Below, piece after piece: positions 48,677 through 62,255 of a stretch of DNA of 64,000 bases (its first letter is position 1; the number at the start of each line of letters is the position of its first letter). The DNA is from Harriotta raleighana (Eukaryota), in assembly GCA_050575255.1 (NCBI GenBank), contig JBNZDD010013714.1, positions 4,619,600 through 4,683,599 on the forward strand, given 5' to 3'. Below the pieces are notes generated by a model. That model was given only the letters and a program-made list of their open reading frames with translations. It was not told the origin of the DNA and made no database searches. The position numbers and the translations under genes were made by a program.

Positions 48677-50674
48677 ATGTATTCTCGTAAATAATTCTAC
48701 CATGGAATGTTTGCTGCCCTGGCGGAAGTCATCTCACCTATCATTTCTGTACTGGTGCTAACTCCCCCCACGAAAGGAAATATGCATTAAGTCCAGGATT
48801 ATAGTAACTTGACATGTTTTTTGACCTGAATTAACCATATATGCATGTGTAAATTTTCAGAAATAAAACCAAACACATTATTAAAGATTTAGCTGTTTTT
48901 AAAAAGTTTTCATTTGCTAACGGGCATTATATTAAATGTAACCAGGTGGTTTATGGAAGTGTTTAGTATTATCAGAGGCAAGCAAGCAAACTTTAAGAAA
49001 CTGTACAGGATGTAGCTTGGAAATCTCAGTTGACTCAGAACAGAAGCAAGTGCCTGAACAAATGAGCCAGCAGTGCTGTTGAGTCTAGTTCAGAGTTAAA
49101 TACTAGTTTGATGTTCTGTTCAGCACCGTATGGTACCCATTGTGATCTGAAGAAATTCTTGAGGAAATTAAATCATATGCTATTATGATTAACAATGAAG
49201 ATGCATAGCTTTTCTGTCTCAGAATACAGATGCTTGGTGCCAGAAACTCACCAAATAGATTAGGTAGAAACCTAAGGCGGAAACCATTTCAGAAATGCCT
49301 TTAATGAGAGTTGCAAAGTCCTGAGCCCTGCATTGGTTCATATATTCATATGTGATGCGAAAATTCCTGAACAGGATAGTGAAAGTGACATAACTTTTTA
49401 AATAAAAATTGCAATTTATCATCAAACCAGATTATTGGAGGGATGGAGAATAGAACATATTGATATGAATTTAGATGATCACAAATAGATTTTTATTTTT
49501 TACAATATGGATTAATTTGGATGCAACTCTGTTCCTTCTTAACCAAAACAACTTTCATTTATTTAGCACCCCTCATGCAGGGCAGCATCCCAGAGTATTT
49601 TTTTAAAATTGTTATTCACAGGTTGATCCTATACTTATCTGTATAGCAGATGTATTATCACTAGTAACTATGTGTTTCCTGTGTCTGTGGTTTAAAGAAA
49701 TTTCTTATTCTTTCACTGTTATTCTTAAAGCTAAAAACAAACTATTTTCCCTCCCGAATGACACAAACCTGCGTGATCAGAATGTCCTTCAACAATAACC
49801 AGAATTGTTTTGTTTTGTATTTTCAGGTACAGTAGTTGCAGTCATCATTGTCAGCAATGAAACATCTTTCCACTTTTGGGATGGCCTCTCAGTAGCAAAC
49901 AGCCCCAGGTTAGTTGTAAACAAGTCAGATCCCTACTTTGCTCTGACAGTATGCTAAACTCCAGCCTTTGATGCACTCCCTTCCATAACAATTGGACCAA
50001 TAAGAATTTCTCCACTTCTCACATCAGCCAACCTTGTGACCTTTCTGAGTAAAATTGCCGAATTAGTCCTAATTGGTGGTAAATCATGGCTAGTTAAGTG
50101 CTGTGGGTTTATTCTCCCTTGAAACTTGTTGGAGACTGTTTAAAGTCAGAGAGTGCCCTCGGGATCTTAAAGGTATTGATTGGAAGATACAGTGGTATCT
50201 CAGTTGTTGATTTGTAGCAGTATCTGGGAGTTGTGGTGAACTTTTACTTGGACACTCTCATTTGGATCAGCACTGAGAAAGGTCAAAGAATACTCTGGTC
50301 ATTCTCATTTCTCTTCAATGATAGTGAAGTTTCAACGCAGGTTAAGGTTATGGTGTATAGTGTCCTTGATGGTTCTGAGCTCCTGGGTATACAATATGGG
50401 GGTTTCCATCAGCCCATTTGCAAAGTCTGGGACAAAACTATGAGATGAATTTGTGATAAAATTTTGGCTAATATTTTCCAGAATTAGGTAAACAGTGTGT
50501 GACCCTCTTTAGCAATAATGTATTCTGTTCCAGACATAGGGAATTTTCCATGTATGGACTGATTGCACATATCGAAGCATTGTCTGTTACATGCTGTAAC
50601 ATGGTGGTAGGTTTCTGTGTGGGTCGGACTAACTAGCTGACCAAAACAATCTGGATTTCAATCAGGGCTCCATG

Positions 50675-50775
50675 TACCTCCTGTGGCTAAGTGGTTAGAG
50701 CACTCGCCTTACATGCCTTACAAGCTTGAGTCCTGTGTTCGAATCCAGGCAGATCAGGGTGAAACCTTGGGCAAG
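50675..50775 (+). mobile_element. Family A SINE head, ending at an ambiguous base
   Basis: ctcctgtggctaagtggttagagcactcgcc...gttcgaatccaggcagatcagggtgaaaccttgggcaag, then N at 50776. Confidence 0.88.
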
Positions 50776-53700
50776 NTATAAATTTTGTTATACTGTATTG
50801 ATCCATATCAAAATCCTCTAAATCAGCAAATTATGCCCGAATGGAGTAACTTTAACATTCCTTTAACTTGTCGCCTTTGAAGCCATGTATTAGCCAGCAC
50901 TGGGGACAAAAATTACATTTGTATAGCACCTTTCATGGGGGAGGATGACCTAATATGGAAGGATATATAAAACGTTTATGAGCATCTTTTGTTGCATACA
51001 TTAAAGATTTGGAAAATAGGTTTTCATGCCTTATCTCATCAGCTGAAAATTAATATGCAATATCCATACAAATTGATGTACAGTGGAGATTTTATTTTGT
51101 AAATTAGCATCAGTGATGTGGAAGATTTATCAACACAGGTAGCAACACAAAAAAATCTAATCTTGATAAAGATTTGGGCAAATTTCTGAAAATTAAGACA
51201 TTAAAAGATTTGGGGATATTAGACAAGGAGGCAGATGTGCTAAATTTTTTTAATTTTTATTTTCTAAATGTAGTTGTCAGTCATGTTACATCTGAACCAG
51301 TATGAGTACATAACGGTTACTCTGTAGTGAAGTGAAATTATGAAATTGATCTGAAAGTGACAGGTAGCCTGTTGGAAAGGGAAACAATTGCTTTTAACAG
51401 AATATTTTATGTGCCCTAATCTGAGTACCAAGTATATGTACACATTTGATGTACGGATTGTTTATTGATTGCTCCAAAGGACTAATGGAGCCAGTTTCCC
51501 TTTAAATGCTATAATTTATCGACAAGGCTTTAAGTAGCTTTGCTTCACAACTTGCCGGTGTAGAGGTTTAATAAGGGATAAGACTTGATTATCATTAGGA
51601 GACAGTGTGACAACTCATGAAAAAGAAAAGACGACACGTGGATAAATTGTATAAATTTGGGGATTTGAAACAATTTCTGTTTATATTTTGCTGTTGTCTA
51701 CAAGATGATGATTGCTTTCGGTGTGTTACGCTTGTCTCAAAAATGTACTGTTACAATTCAAGGAACCTCTTTACATTACTACTGACATCATTTCCAGGAG
51801 ATTAAGATGTTTTTAGACCATTCATGAACCCACCTGGCCTAGTCAGCCTATGCCTATCAATTGGTGCTTATCCAGTTAGGATTACTTCTGATCTGAAGAC
51901 CGCCAGTGGAGTCATGTAATCTCCGTGCTTACGTATACCCACCTCATCTCAAGGTCACTTTCTCTGGTTGCACTCTGCATCACGATACCTGCATAATATT
52001 TTGCTGCAGTTGCAAGTTGGCTTTGTCACCTCCTCACATGTGTGAAGTTAAATGTGTACAGTTCATGTATATGTGATGTCCATCTTCACAAATATTAACT
52101 ATGAAGATTTTGGAACTGGCTGATCCTTTGAACTGAGAATACTGCTGAACACTTTAGCTAAAAGTGAAAGTTATGAATGGATGTGATTGGTGACAGATGT
52201 CAAAAGGAAAGCTAGAGTGTTGTTGCTGACTTGCATTGGGCTTATTACCACCATATCTAAGTGTGACTGCCTCCAACCATATGGGTTTTATACATATTGG
52301 CAGTTACTCTATCACTGATATTTAATGCCAAGCTCTTGTTGGGTAGTAAAAGGCTATAAAGCACGTTTAAACCTTCATTATAATTGATCCCAAGATGGGT
52401 TTAATACAAATATTTTCATGCCCTGCATATCTGAATGTAAAAATAAACTGCTATGTGTTTAATGCATTATTTAGCCCTAGTTATGAACATTCCTTTTTGC
52501 TTTCAAATATTTATATTTCCCATTCTGTAATACATTCAACAATATTTTCTGTGAATTTTCAATACTTTCTGTTCGATAATACAATTCAAACCTACAACTT
52601 TAAGGTTCAAGATGTCAAATTGGTCTAATAATAATCTGTGCATTCATTAATATTTGACTTGGAATATAATAGAAATATATTTAGTTCGACCTCAAGCACA
52701 AAGCATTAAAAAGCACCTTAAAGGCATTGCCTGTATAATATTGTGCAGTGCTCTGACAGTTTTTAAAGGATGATAGGAAGGCAGACAGACAGCAAGCAAG
52801 ACAACAAAGGAGAGATACAGTGTTTTACCACCCATAATACTTCCTGCAAAATTTTCCTGGTATATGTGCAAAAAAAAATACTTTATAAGTAGTGTACATC
52901 TAAATTATTCCCCAAGTGACTGCTCAAAAAGCAGACTTTAAGAATGTATTTAATAAGGAAACAGTAAAATAGATTCTGCACATGTTGCTGTACATTGAGA
53001 TCTGGTGAGCAAGCTAATAATGTGGAATCAGTCTGTTTCCAAGCTATGTAATGGCAGAGTTTAATAATCAAATCCACAAACAAGGTTCAGTGCTTACAAA
53101 AGTTTCCATTGTGGTTTCACAATTAGTACAGGCTGCTCATATACTATAGGTGAGCTTATGAATTGTATTTGGTTCCTATTGAGCATTGTTCCTCTGCCGT
53201 TTGGTCCTTTGCTTAATATGAACTTTCCTGAGCTCTTTTGTATTTCTCTGTTCCCTTCTTCAACCTGAGTTGCCATGATGCATTTCTGCTGCTGTAAAGC
53301 TAGCTGAATGGTATCAAAAGGGGGCTTGCCTATCTTGTACACTGCTCCCTACCCCACTTTGTGTAATTACTTGTTTTAATTACTTTCATGAGAATTAGTG
53401 TTGTGGAGGTGGCCTATACAGGGGACTTCAATTTGGTGACATTCTTCTGCAATTCTAGGCAGAAAAAGAGATGTCGTAATAACCCAATTGAAGGGGTACA
53501 GCAACGTTTGATTGAACCTGGCTTTGATGTTCCTCCCATCGTTAAAAAAGCTCAGTGTACATGCTTTATTCAAATCCATATTTCCATGTATAATATTCCC
53601 TTACTCTATCCAATCACTTGGAATACATACCTCCTCATCAAAGTTTTCATAGCGTCTCCTGATTTGTGGTTTGGTCAGCGGGAGGTGTGCTTTTGATGAG

Positions 53701-53994
53701 ATTGATAAATACAAATATGCAGCTATGCTGAGATTTCCTCCTATTTCCATACTCCACTCTCCCCCTTTCCCATTTAGGTTCAAGCATTAACCTAGTGGTA
53801 AAGTGTTCAATGGCTTCTCACTGCAGTATAAGACACAAAATCAAGACACTATTAAGATATTATTGCCTTCATTTTGTACAGCTAGATATTCATTTAGTTC
53901 TCCAAGAAATGCCATGGCAGTTCTATTCATTTTTAGTCAGAACTCATGGCATCTTTGAATAAGAAACAGGTCTTACACCCTATACTGAGGGCAA

Positions 53995-54105
53995 CTTGGC
54001 TGTTCACCTACAGCATATACTGTACTGTAAAGTGAAGAGACTGTGTATTTTGTTCCTGTGAAATGCTTTGAGTTGTCCTGATGTGAAAGGTATTCTAATG
54101 CAAAG
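53995..54105 (+). mobile_element. SINE 3' fragment
   Basis: cctgtgaaatgctttgagttgtcctgatgtgaaagg...aatgcaaagg. Confidence 0.55.
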
Positions 54106-54649
54106 GTGATTCATGAGAACTAAAATAAACAGCATTAACAATTGTTAATCCTCCACTGCTATTCCCACTACCTTTTCAGCAAAACAAATTCAATGTAGGC
54201 AACATTCTGAGAAAGGGCACTTACAAGGGCAGCTTTTATATATTTATTTGAAATCAAAACCTGGTTTCTTAAAGCTGTAAGTACTCTTTCACCTATTTCT
54301 TCTTGCAGTATAGTTAGACCTTTTTTGTGCAGATATACTGGATTTTGCTAGATGATACATGTTAATCTTATACATTTTCCATTTGGTGGGATCACAATAG
54401 AGTTATAATTGTAATCTAAAATGCGGATTAAAATCTAAGATTTACAAACTTGACTGCAAAGTAAATTTAGAATGATAATATTGTAGAATGTGGCACCCCC
54501 TTCATTTCCTTCTTATCCTATTTTGTTACACTCTATGCTATGTATCGCTTACTTGTGGTGAACTCACCAGATCATGAGATATTAGTTAATTCACTAAATG
54601 AATTCTCAGAAAAGTAAATCATATTTTGTTTTTGTTCAGAGTTGGCACA

Positions 54650-55066
54650 GTGTTAGTCTTGCTCAGTTGGTAGCATTCTCTCCTATGAATCAGAAGGTGA
54701 TAGGTTCAGGCACCACATCAGAGCTTTGATTTGATAGTCCACCTTAATAATAATACAGTATTAATAATAATAATCCTTGCAATTGATATAGCGCTTTTCA
54801 CGTCTTCTAGACGTCTCAAAGTGCATCACAGAATATACTGTAAAGTGAATCGGCTGTTTTTTTTTGCCAAAATGCAGCAGCCAATTGCGCACAGCAATGT
54901 CTCACTAACATTTGTGGATAACAATCCCCCATATACAATTGGCCATTCACTTCATGGCAGTATGTGGGATATTGCAGTATTACACTTTACTGTAAATTGT
55001 ATGAAACCTTTTGGGATGTCCTCCTAATGGCAAAGACACTATAATCAAATACAAGGATTATTATTA
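54650..55066. mobile_element. Nested SINEs: + family B head (54650-54742), - SINE 3' half (54745-54910), + SINE 3' half (54918-55066)
   Basis: Head gctcagttggtagcattctc; minus tail aataatccttgcaattgatatagcgc; plus tail caaatacaaggattattatt. Confidence 0.85.
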
Positions 55067-55884
55067 ATTTTATATAAATTTTTAATAATATATTTTATAA
55101 TAATAAAAAAAAGTCTTGATTAAAGACATTTATAGAATTAATATAAGAATTTTGACCGGATCATTCATCTGCATTATCCAACTCATGTGGCACCTCACAA
55201 ATACTGTATCAATATAAAAGGAACAGCAGCAATGTAAAGGAACCTTAAGGAGAATGTGATGTAGCCTTGTTATCTAAGCTTTCAATTTCATGTCCAAAAA
55301 AATTACACAACAACCACAATTTTAACTTATATGGTTGTTGTGGTAAACCCATTAAAAAGAGGCAATATACTTTGGTGTCAGAAATAAATCAAAATGTAGT
55401 ACAACACATATTTCCTCCATATCAAACAAGCCTCGGGGTATGTTTAAAAGAACAGTCATTCCAGGTTATCGGATCTCTGAAGACCTCGTCACACTTGACT
55501 TCTGCGTAGTCCTCACTGATGTGACCTCTGTCCACAAATCTAATATTGCACAATAGCTACTTGTTTGTCCTGTTCCTTCATTTGTTGTGTTATTTGTTTT
55601 TTTAAAAAAAACTAATTTGTGGTGACACTTGCCAATCTGCTTTAAGAGAAAAGAAAAGGGGACAGATTGATGTGTGAAAAGGGTTGAATGTTCACCAGTT
55701 TAATAGATACCAATCGTTAAAAAGTGAAAGGAGCAATGTTATTCCTTTCTTTTTTTGAAAACAAATTTACTCCAGCACCAATTGATCCCGCTTTGGATAC
55801 ATCCAGCGAATAACATATTTATCACCATGGCAATGATGTTGCCTCTTGTGTGGTGAATTCTTGGAGAAATTGCTGGTTCCTCCA

Positions 55885-55960
55885 CTCAGCTGACACTGGC
55901 CTACTTCATGTCCCTCACCCATCATTGTTGGCCGAGCTTTTAACCACTCTTCTCTGGATC
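55885..55960 (+). mobile_element. L2 ORF2 C-terminal relic
   Basis: TGLLHVP then frameshifted IIVGRAFNHS, parallel to the L2 at 39109-39407. Confidence 0.45.
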
Positions 55961-58900
55961 TCCACCCCACCCCCCACACACCCCCGGTTTCTGCAGCCAC
56001 TCCAATTTGCCCTACCTATTTTGCTTTTACAAGTTTTGTTTTGGGGCCAGTGGCACAGAACGGGGAAAATATTGGACAGCAAAGAAAGCCAATGCCCGTG
56101 TTATTGCCTTTATTTTAAACAACTCTTTTACACTGTGCTGCAATTCACTTTCCACTTTGTAATAATGTTAAAATGGTTTTAATCTTTTGAACTCTAACCA
56201 AGTGCTTATCCAAAAGAAACATGACATTTACCTCCGATCTATTGGAAGTATCAACTGTTTTTAATCTCTGGAGTTACATCTTGACATTTCCTTTCCTCAT
56301 TGTTTAAGTCCCAAGTGCTTTTAAAAGCTCTTAGTGGGAGTAAAACTCTAGCCTCTGCTTCTGTTTCTTTAACTTGTTTTCTTTATGCTGTCATAATCCC
56401 TGACCCATGCAGTTCCTTGTAAACATTCCCCATGGCCTACCAGAAGGTTTCAGTTAACAGCAGCTGTCTAAAGGTTAATTTTGCTTTCCTACCACTGATT
56501 CTTCCTCTGTTGCCCCTCCTCGGATCTCAGTCAGAATGGGTACATCACAAACATCTCCCGCTGGGTGCTTGAATGGGACCAGATATTTCATTCATGTTTT
56601 ATTGTGAGACTGGGATCGGGGAGGGGGACAAAAAAAGGTTGACAGATACAGATAAGAGAGAAAAAGCTTTCCTATCCCTCTTCCTACCTTCCTCCTATCT
56701 CTTCCTCCTTTTTCTTATATATGTCAAGTAAAATGAAGTGAGATTTAGCTTCTGGCTGAGAAGGGCTGTGGCCTTTTACACTGTAATTACACAAAAGAGG
56801 CTGAACCCCCACAGCCTTGCATGGGCAACCTGTCATTAATCTGGAAATCCAACCAGCTCACAGGCATTAATATGCATTGTTACATTTGGAAACAGATGTT
56901 AGCGGGAACACCATAAATTACAAGCCTGACAGGTGTGAACTTGCACTTGTGTTTATTGTAAAATAAACTGTTTCACCTTCAGTTCCTCACTAGAACCAAT
57001 AAAACAAAGCCACAACTGTTTAAAGGCTTCAGCATGGTCAGATCAGTATCAGTTTTATGAGTAGGAATGCAGGGCTGTTCAGCTTATTTCTGATCTCTTC
57101 TTGTCAGGTCCAGAGGTTTCCTTTGTTTGCCAGCACTTTAAAGCTTAAACCATCTGTATGTTAAAGTTGAAATGTAATATTCCCCTTATTGGATACCCTC
57201 GCTTTGCAGATGTACACTGTAGATTATGATATAACATGACACCACAATCCTGTATGAAACTGTAGATGTTATTGTTCATTTGACCCGGCATAATGATGGC
57301 TGCACATTTGCTAGTTATCTTACTGGTGGCCTGAGCAGTCAAAGTTCCAGAGTGCGTTACAAATGTACTTAATCAAACACAAGTGCTGTATAATACAAGG
57401 AATGAACAGTTCGTCTCTTTGAGATTTTATAGTGGAAACTCTGATGATTCGAGTTATCCAATGCACTGAAGATACTACATATCCTAATACAGTACAGCAC
57501 TAATCTCACTTAATGGGGTACAAATATGGTTCTGTCAAGTGATAATTACCACATTTTTCAACCCCAATATCGTCAATGTTGGTTGAGACTGACTGCCTCA
57601 TTTCATTTTGGTTAATGAAGATATTCTAAATGACGTGCTGGCGTAATGTGCTCTATGTTCCTCAAACAGGAAAGAACATTGTTTAAACTTTTACCCAGGA
57701 TTAACCGCCGTGAATTCCAATAGAGTGAGAAAGGCTGGTAAATCTCGAGCACCATATGTGTGTGAGGTTACTCTCTAATAATGCTTCATTGTACTGAGAT
57801 TTATTTAGTCTATGGATAAGTTATGCTTTTTTTTCAAAGCGGGAAGCGAATACATTAGTACATATTTGTAATATTTTAAGCTCTATTCCTGTGTCGATGA
57901 TGTCCATCTTCTCATGATGAAACGTGGTCTTTCATTCCAACATAACAAACGTAAACTTTGTACATTTATAGTCCATCATTCCAGTTGCCAAAGTCTGGAG
58001 AGACCACAAGTGTGGAGTTGATTGCTTCCTCTCTTTTCTCCCCTCTTGTCTCTTGAGTTCTTTGCCATGAATATGAGAGGCTCAGCAGAAGCCAATCTTC
58101 ATTGCTTCCCAATTGCTTCCTAATTGTTTCTTTGGCTCCTGTTAAAGGCTGCAAGCTTCTGTTGGTGCTAATTTGATATTTAACACTGCCGTTATCACAT
58201 TTGGAGTTTCTTCATCCGATAGGGCTTTAATTGGAAGCATTTTTCCAAATGGGAGGTTTAAACCATGCACGGTATCATGTTGAGCAAATTTCCATTTCTT
58301 AACGTCAGACATTAGGTTTTTCTGAGCATTGTATCTTACATCTTGCAAGGATTCCAGGTGCTCACCACATGTTGTTCGTATAAAATAAATGGAGTTTACT
58401 CTGCACTCCTGTTCAAACCTTTTAATACTTCATGGCAACCAATCTCTTCAACTCTTAAATGATCACAGGTATAGAAATATATTCCAATCCCACACTACAA
58501 AGTCAGCATACTTTGATTTGAATAATATGAAAAATCGTGTACTAACCCATATATAACAGTTGGTGAGGAAACATTTCTGCACTCAGCTATGAGTGCTATG
58601 TCTGCTTAAATATCTTTCTGTTTCATCCTCCAAACTTGTCAGTTAATCACCATCTGCTTTAAATCTTAATACAATATATTTTGGTAGCAAATAAGAAACC
58701 AGCTGTTAACAAGCTTTTTATAAATACAAATGAACAAGCATTTCAACTGAGGCTTAGTTAATCAGAAAGATTTTCTTTAATGTAATTTGCTATTTACACA
58801 TTGAAAACCTCTAACAAAATCGCAAGACTCCAAAACTTAAAGAGAATGCAGACTTATCATACAACTGTATTGCAATTATGTCTAAGAACCTTGTTTTTTT

Positions 58901-59921
58901 CATGATTGTGACACATCTGCCATTTTTTAAATACCTTGTGCACCAGAGCATTCACACTGAATTCAAAATGTAATACGTTCATCATTGTTCGGTGTACAAA
59001 GGCTTGCTGTGACTTCCCTCAGATGGAACACAGAAATTACATCTTACTTTCTTACATAAATATGTCAGCAAAACAGGACCAGACTTAATAGCAAATCATC
59101 TTAGGCTACATTCTTCCATTCACTCATTGTAAGAGAACCATGTCAGGATTAAATTAAATCCTCACAAAAGTTCAAAGGTAGCAATTTTTTTTTAGCCTTT
59201 GTTGTTCCTTTATGAATAAAAGGCTTCAAGCGACGCCTTGAATTTAGGGCTGGTTGGAGTTTAAAAAGACTCATCAACTTCAGAAATAATCATTTATTAT
59301 TTGCTTACATTGTACACAAATCTAAAGCCACAGACTGTTAGGAAAAAGAAGGGAGGTCTGCAACCTGTAAAATGCTCTGAGACACTGCCCTATGCGAGGG
59401 GTGCTGAATAAACGCAAGTTGTTGTTGTTATTGTTGTTGAATAGTCAGTATCAGGACTAAACTGGCGAAAGGTTGATTTAGGCGATGGACAGAAACAGAA
59501 ATATTTTTAAACTTTAAATTGAATTGCAAACATTTTCACTGATCAAGGTGAGGAAGGCTTCATTTCCATCGGAGAAACCATTCCCTTGATGGTTAATGAG
59601 GCGTACTTAAGAAATGGACAGGATCCTGCAGGGAAGAGCTGGACATCCTACTCATCATATTAGCCAGTATCCCGCCAATCCGCAGGGCAGTTCTGTGATG
59701 TGTGTGCCAGGAGTCCGATTCATGGACTGGGTTTCATGGTTGCAGCCGTAGAGAAAAGCATCTGGGGGTCCACATCTGGCACACATGGATATATTACACT
59801 GAATGTTCCACTAAACTGACCCCTTCATTAGAAGTTTAGTTCCATGCCTCAGAAGAAACTGAGGGTGAAGCATGGTTTCTTGGAAGAAAGGAAAGGTAAT
59901 AAATTAGATTTTTTTTAAAGA

Positions 59922-60056
59922 ACAGCAACATTATAAGGTGATGTTCGCCCACAAAACACAGTTACTCCACTTTTACAGTATTTTTTGTGAGGCACCTTGG
60001 GATGTCTTCCAGACGTGAAAAGTTTTATACCAAATGTAAAGATTGCTATTATGATT
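59922..60056 (+). mobile_element. SINE 3' half
   Basis: ttcgcccacaaaacacag...ttgggatgtcttccagacgtgaaaag...caaatgtaaagatt. Confidence 0.75.
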
Positions 60057-60583
60057 GTTACTATTTTTGTTGCTGCAAATGGTTTTTGATGGGAGCAATT
60101 ACTTATTGTAGGTATATACGGGGTCTCCAAGAATCAATGTTTCCAAAATAACCCAAAGGAGAGAATTGAAAACAATAACAATTTGCATTTATACGGGACT
60201 TTTCATGCAGGAGAGCATGAAGGTGGTTGACAACAAAGCTTGTTTGAAGCCAGTGTATGTGAATGACGCAGATGTTGTTCAAAATGATTTCAAGACAGAT
60301 GCCATTCAAAGGGATCAAAGCAAAATAATGCGCTTAAGTACCCAAAACACTCGATTTGTTTAGGCAATAAATGGTTGTACCTTTTATGAAGTTAGGATAA
60401 GATGCACAGTAGAATAAAGAAAGGATTGAGGAAGGCAGATAAGTATTTGAACACAATAACACGAACCGCATTTCAGAAGTCATTGCCGGAAGCACAGTCC
60501 TAGCATAGTTTACCTCTCTGGAATACATTAAGCAAAAATGCATGTAGAATATTGCCAACAGTTCAAAAGGCCATCGGTGCATT

Positions 60584-61028
60584 ATAGAATCATAAAATTA
60601 TACAGCACAGAGGAGGCCATTCGGCCCATCGCATCTGTGCTGGCTCTTTAAAAAGAGCTTGCCGAATTCATCCCACTCTCTCCTCTCCCTTTCCATTGAC
60701 TCGCAAACCTGTCCTCTCCCAAATAACTATTTACTTCTCTTAAAAGTTGTTATCCAATTGGCTTCTACCACCATTTCAGGCAATACATTCCAGATCTGAA
60801 CAACTCGCTGGGTGAAAAAATTTCTCCTCACCTCCCCTCTGCTTCTTTTAACAACTATTTTGAATCAGTGACCTCAGATAACCGACTCACTCGCCAGTTG
60901 AACTAGTTTCTCTTTGTTCATCCTATTGAATCTCCTGATAATTTTGAAAAGTTCCATTAAATCTTCTCTTGATCTTCTCTATTCTAAGGAGAATAATCCT
61001 AGCTTCTCTAGCTGCTCCTGATCACTGA
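60584..61028 (-). mobile_element. CR1 LINE 3' ~450 bp
   Basis: atagaatcat...cagcacagaggaggccattcggcccatc; colinear with 8836-9280. Confidence 0.92.
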
Positions 61029-61112
61029 CTTTAGGAAGGGTGTGCAGAGCAAAATAAAAAATGATTCGCCCCATCTCTGAAAGTATCGAGGATTATTTTC
61101 TTGTGGAAAATA

Positions 61113-61411
61113 AATAACAATCCTTGCATTTGATGTAGCATCTTTCCCGTTGGGATATAGTGTAAAGTGTAGTGACTGTATAATTTGTTGGTGATCATGA
61201 CAGCAGGATCCAGGAGACAGCAATGAAGTGAATTGACCAATTTTATCTTGGGGATTGCTACTCGAGACACGGGAGAAAGTTTATTCTCTTTTCAAGTAGT
61301 CCTAGAGGATTTTTAACATTGATCTGAACAGGCAGACATGACCTTCGACAATGCAGCACACCTCCAGCCTCATTTTAGACAATATGTGTACTACCAACTA
61401 AGTCAGATGAC
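61113..61411 (-). mobile_element. Deu-domain SINE (family B), internally deleted
   Basis: Tail aatccttgcatttgatgtagc; core tttaacattgatctgaacaggcagac; head remnant ctaccaactaagtcaga. Confidence 0.8.
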
Positions 61412-61429
61412 GCCCTCAATAATGCATGT

Positions 61430-61730
61430 TGAATTGAAGAACAATCTGAAATTTTAAGACGTGGTTTTAAGGATAAAAACGGGTGACATTTTGGACTATG
61501 ATTTAGCGGTATTTTTCACAACAATGAACATTACATGGAAGCTGGTAAATATTTTCAACTTAATCCAAACTGTAGGACCAAAAAGCTGAATTAAAAGCAG
61601 GGGGAGCCTACCAGCTTAATGAGAGAACTTCAGCTCAGATTGTTAATGTATGGAAGAAGCTGCCATCTAGTGCAGCGAAGACTCAGCCTGTAAATTCTTA
61701 CAAGAGGATTCTTGGGAGTTCTTTTACAGG
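61430..61730 (+). mobile_element. Old CR1 ORF2 C-terminal relic
   Basis: QIVNVWKKLPSSAAKTQPVNSYKRIL resembles the CR1 RVVN.WN.LP...V.A.S.N.FK..LD motif. Confidence 0.55.
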
Positions 61731-62027
61731 AATGGTGAAGGTCAGCGGAAATTCACAGCATCTGCACAAAGATGGCATTAACTTGCATTGAACCTTTTAG
61801 TAATGGGGATCTTACGTGTAGCTCCATATACAGACTGCTGATGACAAGTGTAAATTTGATACATGGACTGGGCAATTCCGATTTCACAACCTTTTCTGGT
61901 TTGTGACCCATTTGTGCTTTCTTATACATACTAGATGATTTATTTAATATGCATTCTCATATACTGCATATTATCTTGTGTTTTGATTTACTGAAGTTGT
62001 GAATTATGCATATAAGGAATAATAACA

Positions 62028-62255
62028 GTAATAATACAATCTGTACATTTGATAGAGCTCTTTTTATGCTCAGGAGATTGGCTCAAAGCACTTCACAGGA
62101 TTTAATGTAAAGTACAATGACTATTTTGTAGATGAACATGGCAGCTAATTTGGTCCCAGTAATGTCCCACAAACAGCCATGAAATGATTGACTGACTCTA
62201 TGTGGGGAATTGTTGGCGAGAACACTGGGAGAAACTCTTCTCTTTTCAAACACTG
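62028..62255 (-). mobile_element. SINE 3' half plus part of the Deu core
   Basis: ctcaaagcacttcacagg...gtcccacaaacagccatgaa...gggagaaactcttctcttttc. Confidence 0.8.

Noticed and set aside
50020-50095. LF-SINE-like relic
   Set aside because: Similarity to the remembered consensus is too patchy to support.
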